Part shown: piece after piece, positions 1 through 12,000 of the stretch | Layout of the letters: each line of letters opens with the position of its first letter | How positions within the stretch are numbered: position 1 is the stretch's first letter | Assembly (NCBI GenBank): GCA_040954595.2 | Contig: CM082592.2 | Location: forward strand, 10,440,731-10,504,730 | Direction: 5' to 3' | Source: Balanoglossus misakiensis | Taxonomy: Eukaryota; Animalia; Hemichordata | Length of the DNA stretch: 64,000 bases | Notes under the pieces: generated by a model | What the model saw: only the letters and a program-made list of their open reading frames with translations | Database searches by the model: none | What the model was told of the DNA's origin: nothing | Program-made: the position numbers and the translations under genes

Positions 1-3000
1 ACATCATTGAAGACATGGTAGTAGGAATCAATGGCTGCATCTTGGAAATCCTGTATCTGAACACCACCTGGTGTTGTGCCAGCTGCCACCTGGTATCTAT
101 GGAGTAATCCAATCAGCAAAACAATAAATAGTGGCTCCAAATAGAAGAGACTAAAGTTAAAATTTGACTAAATGTACAGGACATGGCTCATGTTGACCAA
201 TAATCATTGATTTTCTTTAAACATACAAGATCTTACCTAGTAATGGGAGTGTCAGGATCTGTGAATGGTTGCCAGGTTACAGAAATCTGTGTCAGTGATT
301 TCTGACAGACAACATCCAATGCATCACATTCTGTTCAAAGCAAAAAAAATAAAATAAAAGAGTTTGGTTTGCATTTGTGTGTGTGTGTGTGTGTGTGTGT
401 GCTTGAATTGCAACCTGCTTTAGTAAATACCATCATGTCCACCTACCTTCTTCAGTGATACAAGTTGTTACACCATCATTGTCACCATCATCTGCATTGA
501 CATTCACTTGATCAACTCCAGTCAGCTCTACAACTTTACCAGCAACTGGTGGTGTATCATCAACTACTATTGCAGAAGAGAATGCCCTGGCTTGCAGACC
601 GACATAATTATATGCTATCACCGTGGTGAAGTATCTGCCATGGTCTTGTAGTCCACCATTTTGTAAGTCTGTTTATATCACGGATGGAAACAAGCAAAGA
701 AACAGATGACAATATGTTGAGAAGTAACCAGTAACAAGTCATTGTTGGTGACAGTCCCTGGAAGTGGAAGAATTCAATTTTGAGGAAATCAAAGAAAATC
801 TGGCCACATTGCACTTCAAAATGCCCAATAGGGAACACTGTCAACTAACCTCTTGCTCTGTAACTGGTTGTGTCAGCAGATAGTTTCATAAATGGAAACA
901 ACGAATCATCTCCTTCAGTCGTACCAATACCCAATTCATAGTATGCAATCTTGCTTTCTCCATCGTAGAAATCGGACCAGCTGCAGGACAGTTCATCAAT
1001 AGCTACACTATATGCTGGACAATTCACAACTCCTGCCACAGGTGGTGTAATGTCAACAGTCACACTGCCAGAAATTGTTTGACGAGCAAGACCAACCTGA
1101 GGAAGTAATAACAGCAACAATTAACAGAAAGCCATTACTTGTGACTAATTGAGAATAAAATGAGACACTTAGACACTACTAAAAGAAATACAACTTAGAT
1201 AAAAGTAACAACTTCAGAAACACCACAACAGTAGACCTACCTCATTCTGAGATGTCAATGTCAGGATATTTGGTTTCCCGTTCACTATTGGCGTGACAAG
1301 ACCATTGGGAATACTGAAACCCTCAGTGACATGAGTGATGTCATAGATGTCTGATGCCCCTGGAAAGCTGCCGTACATGAATGTGGTGTTCTGTATTCTG
1401 CTCTCATCTTCAGTGATCGTCCATTCTGCAGTCAGTGAGTCAATTGATTCCTACAAACAAAACATAACCAGGAGCAACTTGAGAAATTGGTTGTGTGCGA
1501 TAATCAAATGTGTGATAATCAAATGATCATATCATAACATTTCTTCATATCACTTAATAAAGTGCTCCGTCGCATTATTTAATATTACCTGATAATGAGC
1601 TGAGTTGACATCCAAACTAATGCTTTCATTGTCAACAATCACTCCCAAACTATTAATGGTAATCATTGGAGATGTACGGTCCACAGTAAAACCATCCGAC
1701 ACAGAGTCCAAGATATCACCAGCACCAGTAATGGCTCTCACTGAACTGTAGTAAGTGACGCCACCTTCTAGGGTCAAAGGCGACTGTGCTTTTCCTGAAC
1801 CACTCAGACCTGCAAGAGATATACAGGGTATCTCATGAAAATACACATAAACACATCAGATAGAGATCATTCCATTTACCAATGATATAGGGGTGATAGC
1901 TTGCACAGGTACTTTACCTTCTCCTGGGTTATCATGCTGGTCTGACACAACGATCCCTGTGCTAGTATACGGCTGTACATCATCCAATCTTGGTTCTGTA
2001 CCAACAGCCCATTCATAATGTGCAATACCGTTGACCTGACTTTCAAAGCCATGAAATTGCACAGTCACAGTGCTATCCTCTTTCTGGTAGTCCATATCAA
2101 CGCTGATGATGTCAGAACCAACGGTGTCCGTGTCTGCTCCGTCGTCAACTATACCGGCAATGTCGCCTTGTAACACTTTGATTGGACTGTGAAAAACGTA
2201 ACGAGAGAGAGAGTGTGGGTTTGTTGGCAAAGACAGTGCATCAGGAAAGCCGACATTCTTCCAAGTGAATAAGTGCATAACTTGTCACAACTAAGTGAAC
2301 ATCATTAAACACAGGTTGAAATACATAAACTTAGTTCATCTTACCTTGAGATTTTAGGAGTTGAAAAATCACCAGCTCCATTCTGTGCTTTGACACTGAT
2401 GTAGTACACAGGTTGTTGAGTGGCATCATCGTACAGTTGTAACTGTAAACCATCAATGTAGCCATCTTTGTTCACACCCATACTACGATAATCACTGATT
2501 TCAGTACCACCTGTAAGACACAACAGATTTAAAGTTCTTATGTTTTAAGTAGTCATTTTTTGTCGCACCATATATGGCTAGTGAAGATTTACCAATAGCC
2601 CAAGCTGCCAAATAAATACGCAAACTTTAAATACACTGACAATAATGACTGTTTACCTGGTGTAGTTCCTACGGCAACCCAGTATGCTTGTATACCACTC
2701 TCTGGATCAGTTGCCGACCATGTTGCTAGGATACCATTCTGATCAGTTGTCAACACAAAACCATCAAATAATTCCTCAGTCTCACCAGCCAGTACACCAA
2801 CATACACTGATCTCATCTGCATTCAAATTGGAGATAATAGATACTTATGTCAGCAGTCAATCACAAGAGAAAATCGTAGAGGTTCATATGTATCAATATA
2901 GTCTACTGGGCAGGACTGCTTGAGACGTTAACAGTGATTGGTTTGAAGTGTACGACTGTGTACGACTGTGTGTGTATCTTACCACAGGTGTTGTTGGGTC

Positions 3001-6000
3001 AATGATGACACCATTTGTATCATGCACTGTTGTTAGACCAGCCCCATTGACAGCTGATACTCTGATACTGTAATGTCCGCCAATTTTGAGCGACAGATTA
3101 TCCTCAGATGTCCAGACTGTGGCTGTACTTGGAACCTGAAACCATGCATTCCTGCAGTGCAGAGAAGACAATATTAGAATGGTTGATGCAATACATCATT
3201 TCCACAGAATCTCTGGCTCTGAATATCATGATACACACATGAGAAAATAAATGGATGACAGATAATAAGCACAGTGATATTGACGAATACCTGTCATTTG
3301 GATGAATTTGTCTTCTAGTGCCTCCATGCGTTTCATAGACAGCTACTCCATAGTGTTCTATGCCTGACTCAGGATCTGTAAAGTCCCAGTTGGCCGACAG
3401 TTGAGATGTGCTTGACTGTAAATAAACATGAGTTTTATATTTAAGTACTATTGGAATGACTGACTTCACATACAACCATCGAAAGTGGAAGAATACTTAC
3501 TGAATATTGTCTGTCCTCTCCTTCGATGCTTCCATCACCCAGGAAATGTACAACAGGATTGGTAGTATCAACGACAAAGCCATCAGACACCGTAACCGTG
3601 GAGCTCTCAGCCTGATTGATAGCATCAAGTTCAACAAAGACTGTGTCTCCATGATGCAGATGGAAATGATGCCAGTTTATCGAACTCGTGTCTGGTGTGA
3701 CTGACTGGGCCTCATGAATGAGTTCCATCTCTTCTGTGGAATTCACTGCAACTAAGTAATACAAATAAAGATATGTCTTTTTAAAATGACATTTCGTCAC
3801 TTACAGGGAGTCATCCAATAATTAAAGTTCAAAATATACTTTGTCTTTACAATGGGTTAAACGTTAAGAAAGACTAAACTACCTTGATCAGCAGACTGTC
3901 TATAGACACTGACATCATACTGAAGTATACCAGACTCTGGATCACTATAACCATTCCAATTCGCAGATACAGTGGCAGTTTCTGAAGAGTACTTCATATC
4001 AACGTTTGGATCCAGTCCATCTCTCAGTTCACCTTCAACTGGGGGCGTGGCATCGAACATAACTAGAGATAAAGTGACATCACAACAGTGCTCAGTAATG
4101 ATTTACATCATTTCCATTTTAGATCATTTATCTACAATATTTACAGTCATTGTTGTTTTGAATTGTTCAAACATGTTTATCATTCTCAGTGGTTCCAACT
4201 TACCTCCATCCGATACGACAGATACGTTGAGCTTTTTATGTCCAGCATTGAATGCAAAGATAGTGGAGTAATACATGGTCGTGTGAGTGAGAACTACGTT
4301 GTCACGACAACTGACACTCTCAGTGTAATCGACATCATGAAAGCTGACAACATCATCAAGGTAGGGTGCTGTACCAACTCCCCAGATATATTTGCCTAAA
4401 ATACACAAAATGAATATGGTCTCATTAAACTTCATAATTAGATTCTAAAGGTCTTTCTACAAAGTATTGAATGCCAAGGTAAGAAAAATCCAAAATCTAA
4501 CAATTGCATGTGATCAAGTGTTTGTGTTCCAACCTGACAAATCTTCTATCAAACCCATCTATTTGGAACTTACTGATTCCACTCTGCTCATCAAAGAAGT
4601 TCTGCCAGTTGGCACAGATTCTGTTGGATGTGGATTGGTAATCAATATCCATTCCCTGGTTGGGACCATCAAAGACATCTCCCGGTGTTGGAGGACTTGT
4701 ATCCACGATGATTGGGAAGTCGGAATGACCGATGGTACGCAGGTCAACTGAGTAATTAAAAGAATATGTAGATAAGTATTGATATCATGACTATGGACAG
4801 GCTAATTGTTGACAGTTTTTAATGGCACTTCGTTGAAACAACATATAATCTTTTTCCATGCTTCTAATAAATAAACATCTCACCATTGTTAATAGCTCTG
4901 ACTTTGATCCATGCCGGTATGCCATCAGGAATGCAGAAATCCACCCTGACGTGTGTCGTATTATCGTGTCTTTGCCAGCCCAGCAGGTACACATCACGGC
5001 TACTCTTACCCAAACCAAAGTCGATCTCTCGGATGTGTGAATGTGGATCGCTGACATCATATTCAGCAGTGATAACACATGCAATTTCGTCATATTCTGT
5101 CAGTTGTACATCATGAACAATTGGAGGAGTATTATCAATGATGTATTCTGTACTGTGGCAGACTGTGGTTGCTAAGGGTCCTCCAAATTCCACTTTGTTC
5201 AGAGCTCTGACACTTACATGATAAGCACCATCTGGAGAAAGACAAAATCAGTAAACATCAGCATTTTCAAGTTGGTCTAATATAGTCTAATACATGTATA
5301 TTGATAATAAATTTCAGGTCACTTACCATCCAGATTGAGGGGATGAGCAATGCCTATGTGGGTCCATTCGCTTTCATCAAAGAGATGAGAGTGTGGATCT
5401 TTGTGAGGATGGACATCATCCCTGCAAGGTGTTGATCCAACAGTCCAAGTGTATCCAAATATATCTGTCTCATTGTCACGGAAACCATCCCAATTGGCTG
5501 AATACAGATATTACAGAAAAGGTCAAGTTTGTTAGTTTCCCATCATCTCCAGGAAGATCACAGTAAATGCACACTAGCTGTGCGATATATAGAAAATGGA
5601 CTCTCACCTGAGACATACTGATTGGCTCGTGTGTACAGCATATCTTGCAAGGGTTCATGTCCATTGAAGACACACATGGAACCAGGTCCATCAATAATTG
5701 ACCTTCAAGACGAAACAATGCAGAAGGATGTCAGAAATCACTCCTTACGATAAACATTCTATAGACATCTATGGAATTCTATAACCCATTGAATGTCAAT
5801 AGAAGTTTACAGAATTTCTATGACTTCTATAGAAGCATGGAAATCATGGTGTCTCACAGACACTCCAAGAACTTACCTGTGGTTTGGTAGAGGAGTTTCT
5901 TCAATACATCTATTCTCCCATTCATCTGGCACATAATCAGTACAGGTCTCATGGAAGACTTCATCGAACTCTGCATTGCTTATCCGACCTGGTTCTGGTG

Positions 6001-9000
6001 GCACAAAGTCAGCTAGGATTCCCTCTGATGAAATGATGTTGCTGTAGCCTGTAAAAGATTGTAATCATAGAGAAGCAGAGATTTAACAAAACAGTATCTA
6101 TCAATGAGCAGTGAAAAATAACTCAAAATATTGTCAGACCTGGTGATTATAATCCCTGCCATTGTTATATATTACAACCACTTACCCAGAGTATTGTTAA
6201 GATGCAGATTGAAGAAATGAAGATCATTGTGTCTCAGTTCCACATCATCATGTCTGAACTCCACAGCATGTCCCACACCAAGACGCTCAAAGTTGTAAGT
6301 GTATCCACTCTGTACAGCAAAAAAGTTGTCCAAAAGGCATTTATCATTCATCTTATCAAATATACATGTATGATAATATAAAACAATTCGTGATAAAGAA
6401 GAAAGTAGCTAAAAATTAAATGGATCTTTATCTGGCATACATCAACACAAAAATGATGAAGTAATCGGAAAATGGCAAGTATTGTCTTTATCTTATGATG
6501 TTTTTTGTTTTATATAGAATTATCTTCATCATTCTAAAACATGTACTATGAAGCATGTACCACTATACATGTATGTACTGACCTCATGCAATTCAACTTC
6601 AAAGCCTTCAATCTCTTCCAGCAGTTCACACAATCCACTGTCTCCATAATCGAAGTTAAAACTCAGACATTTTGTGGGTGGGAGTGCCAGACAATCCTTG
6701 GCACAGTTCTGTGCATACAGATAATGTCTTGTGTGATGAGAAACTGACTTGAGTCGACCAAGTCTTGGCGCGGCGAAGAATTCCAGACTTTTGGTTCCCA
6801 GAGGATCATCACCAACATCAATGTCATGGGCATTCTTGTCCAAGTCAAACTCGGTCCAGTAAGATAGCTGGTCCCCAAATACTGCCTCACCAAAACCAAC
6901 AGCTTCCTACATAAATCAAAATTACATGGTCAAAGAAAATATAATTTGTAGCAACTGTTATTTTTACAAGATCATCATCATCATTACCACCACCACCATC
7001 ATCATCGTCATCATCATCATCATCATCATCGTCGTCGTCGCCGTCGTCATCATCATCATCATCACCACCACCACCACCACCACAACCATCATCATCACCA
7101 CCACCATCACCACCACCACCACCACCACCACCACCACAACCATCATCATCACAACCACCACCACCACAACCATCATCATATCCGCTGTCAAGATCTCAAG
7201 TGGGGCCAGAAGGGATGCTTAAAGAAGTCTTGCCACTATGCCTTGTAATTACCCAACCCCAACCCTCCCCCTCCCAGTCCTACCTCTCTCTGTGTTATCA
7301 CAGAATCATCCAGAGCAACAGTTGAAGCCTTCAAAACGTTGGGATTACTGGTTGATTTGAAGTCAGCGGTGACACGACCACCTGGCAATGTGGAGTCGTA
7401 TGTTGGTAACTCACAGGTGGCTTTCGTTGTTGCTTTTGCAGAGTTGATAGCTGTCACTGTGAAGTAGAATGGGACTCCTCCTCTTAACATCTGCATAAAA
7501 GAAGACATCAGATACACTTTATAAACTGATAAACACAACATGATATCATCAGCTCAAGTTTGGTCTATGCAATAAAAACAGCAAGACAACATACAGTGTC
7601 ACAAATGCTAAACTTATGTGAAATGTATGGCTAACATGTAGTGCCATATGCTAACCTGTGACACTATTGTAGAGCTGCCTCCCATTGGTTGATCTTTCAA
7701 GATATCACAGCCATCTTTGAATGTCCCGACACAGAACGTCATGTCCACCTCACTACGATCATCTTCCACAGCAAGTGAAAGTTCAAAGGCAGGATCTGTG
7801 TGGTCACGCCCTTCTAACTGACGAACTATACAGCCTTGGTTAGGGCTCACATCACGTACTTGGATGGCTCGCTTCTTTTTGGCAACACCTCCACTGCCTT
7901 GTTGCTCAAGGAATAAGTCAGATGGACTCTGGAGGAGGAGAAAACAGAATGATATAGACCATATCTCGGTACAAATTCTAGTCTGGAACAATTTTGTGTT
8001 AACCTTCCCTTCAAAAGTCCACCATTCTGAATAAAAACTGTGAGAAGGGCACAATCCTTCTTTAATACTGTGGAATACTGCATGAAACGCTTTCTTTAAA
8101 TACTTACCTGGAATATCGGCATAAACGTAGGAGGTGTGAGATCAGGTTCTAAATCCCCGATGTCCAATAGTGTTCCTGAAATCATTGGTGTCGTATATTC
8201 CCACAGAACTTTGTTGATCAGCACTTTGCGGATGTGGATTTTCACCCAACCTATTTTGATCTTCAGTTCGAAGATGAGAAGGGCTCGTAGTTCAAGTCGC
8301 AGTGGCACTAAATTCATGTCCATACGAGCACTGAATAACAAACGAAAACGGGACACAATTGAGAATAATTAAAAATAAATGAGAAAAAAGTCCTGAGCCA
8401 AATCACATAAAAATATAAGAGTTATTCTTCATAACATTTTCAAAGCTCTGAATGGTGACTCACCCAACATCCAATGGAAAGTGGTCAAACTGCACTTCAG
8501 CTTTGGTTGGAAAGTTAACAGTCATTAAATATCCAGTCAGTCTCAGTTCTCCAAACAGCAGAACGAGCCAAATTCCAAGATATCCATAAACTTGGGCTCC
8601 AATCTGTGGTCTCACTATAAGCTGAACAAAATGTACATGTACAACATATTAAGATATAAATAACACAGGAAAAGTGAAATGTTATTTACGGCTTGGTGTT
8701 AAAGACTCATTGTCATATGTACCGGTATAATAAGAGAGGGAGATAGAGTGAAATCATGGTTGCACAAATCCCTCACTTACAGCAGCTTTCATTTCAAGTA
8801 GACAAATATCTGTACCATACTGCATTCCATAAGAACCACCACATCCAAGACCTGCAAATGTACAAGAAAGATCAACACGCTCATCAGAACTTGACTCAAT
8901 ATAACCATCATTTTCAAACTGAAGTACTTTACAAGTGAGGTGATACATGAACATACATTGCTGCATGAGATCAGGACATACGTGAAATTACAATCAGACT

Positions 9001-12000
9001 CTTGGCTTACCAAAGTACATAGGGATCGGTCCCAACATAAAGAAGACTGTGTAATGATAGAATGTTGCACCATGTTGGAAGAAAACTGCTCCTCTCATAC
9101 ATTTATCATAGCCCAGGAATTTGTCATCAAACAAGCCAGAGAGGGCAGTGTCAATGGCTTCTTTCACCTGTAAAAGCCAAAAATATATGCAGTCATTCAA
9201 AAGGAACAAAATTTATTGGATCACGTTTCACAAAATTTGAACAGAAAGCATTATTTCTATGACTCGATCTTCTCACCAAGTCTTGATACAGTTTTCTGAG
9301 GTCCTTCATCAACTGGGTCACATCTTCTTCATCAATGAGCAATTCATCCAACATTTCTTCCAACTCTCCAAGAGACAGATCACCAAGGTCATCCCCGCTG
9401 TCATCTACAAGTAAGATGAAATTCAACGAATGTTATGGAACACTGGGTACTGACTTGTTTCGGAGTTCCAAAACTGATATTAACATAAGAATAATCAACA
9501 TACATCAGTACACCATTAAAAATCCACTCATCAAGTCAAATATGCTGTATTCTAGCATTACTTTACACTGACCACTGCTATCAGCCATTTTAGAATTGAC
9601 ATAGGTTTGCATATCTTCATCACAGAGCGGAATGTTGATCACAGCATCATTTAGTATTGTGACAAAAGGGAAACATTCTTCTGTTTCTGATGAACAAAGA
9701 CCAGTTGCTAAATCGACCTGAAAATAAATAAAGATGAATGAAAATAAAATCACAAAAACTTCCTCCCCTCTTGTCTGTCTGTGTGTGTCTCTGTTTCTCT
9801 CCCCATCTCTCTTCCCACTTACTCTCTCCTCCTCTCTCTAATCAACTGCACTGACAACTGAAAATCAACAAATTCTGAAGAAGCCATAAAATGCTTACAT
9901 ATATCTTTCCCGCACGTTTCTCAATCTTGTACTTGACAATAATTTGCACAGCGTCAAGTAGCTCTATGCTTTCAACAAGTGGTTCAGTGTCCTCCATTAC
10001 TAAAATATACAAAAAGAAAATAAAGATATCAATTATTTGTGATGTGTTCAGTCACTGTAAATTCAGCTAGGGCAAAGACTGTTAAAAATAAAACTCCAGT
10101 AAGACTGACAACACACAGACATACATAAACCTTGACACACCCACAGACCCATACACAGACAATCTCAGTGACCCATCCCTCCCTATACTTACCAAATTCA
10201 TAGTCTACAAGTTCAAAAGTCTTGGACCACTTATCTGCTCCAATCTTCAGTTGAAAATTACACGGATCGTATGAAATGTACGCCTCGAATGACCGATGAA
10301 AATGATAGAACTCTAAATCCATGCAACACGACACTCCAAGACAATGATCTTCAAAAGTACAGTAGATGTTCTCCGTCAGGGCGTTCCGCATTCCAAAACA
10401 CACTAAAGAGAGAATAAAAAATTAAAAACATGTGAATGAAAGTTCTCATAAGAAGTTGTACATTGATAAACATCTGAACATGAAAAAACATTCCACTCGA
10501 AGAAATATCAAAAGTTCATACTGGTTGTTTCAACGACTATAACAAGTACTGACCTTCCTCTGTTTCTAGATATCTTTCTATCAGCGTCTGTCTGGATCCC
10601 GTCGTTGGTTTGTCTCTCAATCTCAGTTCTGTGCGCAGTTCGTTGATGTCCATTGATTCTGGTCTCTTGCATTCTTCGTTATTGATGGCACTCTGTAACA
10701 CACATGTCATGTTCATTCAAAGCTTTGCAGGTTATCTGCAGATTTTTAAAAGCCACTGTAGGTGGGGATAATCATTGGGTTCAGTGATACTTCACTGGAC
10801 CAAGACAAAGAACCCAGTTTCTCCAAGCCCTGCTCTTCTTCAAAATTCCCTATAGCTTTGAAATGCTTTTGCATGAACACTTAACCATATACGTGTACAG
10901 GTACATGAATTCTACTTAGATCTCTATAAACTGTATTCGATAAATGTGCAAATCTACCTTGAGTTGTTGCAGCAAAGAGTCCAGTCTTTCCCTCAACAAA
11001 CTGAGACCAGCGTTGTCCAAAAAGTCATACACCTGACTCAGTTTCATATCCTTCATGTTAAAGTCAAACACAGGTCCAAGCTCATCAATTCCAGGAAGGC
11101 CAAGACTGTCAACAAAGTCTGAAAGAAAACAGGTTTTAAAAGCATGAGGTAACAAGCTCTTTGCAGTTGGAAATCCATCAAATACATTCAAACTTACCAC
11201 TTCAACAGAACAATTACATCTTTCCATCACACACTCCACCAAACAAACTTTACACATTTACCTTTTGCACCATCAAAGAAATCGTTGACTAGATCTCGTT
11301 TTCTGCGGTCACTGGATGCGATATCATCCAAATCGGACGTATCAGGTTCAGTTGTTCTTGCTGGTGAAGTGTCTTCTCGTTTCGGTCCTCCTGTTATTGT
11401 ACCCTCTGCGATCACTTCTCGCTACATTTGAATCAAAATGTTTATATATCAGTTCGAGTAACACACAGCCATTCTAACATGGTGTATAATTGGTACAGGA
11501 TTCAGAAATGTGTTCAAATTACAGTTTTCTAGTGATGGAAAATTTCATTATTTTTTTACATACATCAAATTCCAGGATATAATCATCACAGTGCATCTCC
11601 CATCCTGGTGGCGGCATTTCCCTCTTTTTGAAGAAACGCGTGGGATTGATGTACTCATGAAGATCTTGACTTCTCATTGTGAAATGGATGATGTTTGGAG
11701 TGCAGCCGGACGATGTGACTCTGCCTAGATGGTTATCTCTGTTCACCTGCAGAAGTGACGTAAAAGTTTTTTTTATTATATATAATGTTATGCTTGCATG
11801 CATGAAATCTCCATGAAATTCTAATTTCCTATATACTATGTTTGAACTAAATATACCAGTATACGCAAACAACAACAAGTACTACTTGTTATTTTTGAAA
11901 ACTCCTTGGTTTTGTAACTTACTTCATGACCTTCCAATGAACTGTCAAGGTCAACGTTGTACAAGATAATTTCAGTGTTTTTCAAATCGGAATCCATGGT

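Larger units (their letters stand above)
1..7860 (-). repeat. Array of about 12 FN3-like protein repeats
   Basis: Recurring pattern A.W..F.DPESGI..Y...GT.PG..D...YY..V.A.NGAG...S.G..VDxTPP (e.g. WSATDPESGIQAY, WDFTDPESGIEHY, WNGYSDPESGILQY; linkers VDDTPP, VDITPP, FDATPP, IDNTPP). Confidence 0.8.

Noticed and set aside
5756-5833. Cluster of TTCTATAGAA-like palindromic words
   Set aside because: Short degenerate intronic repeat with no termini or second copy seen.
6926-7222. Poly-I/T and poly-V/M ORFs on both strands
   Set aside because: These are translations of an intronic trinucleotide microsatellite.
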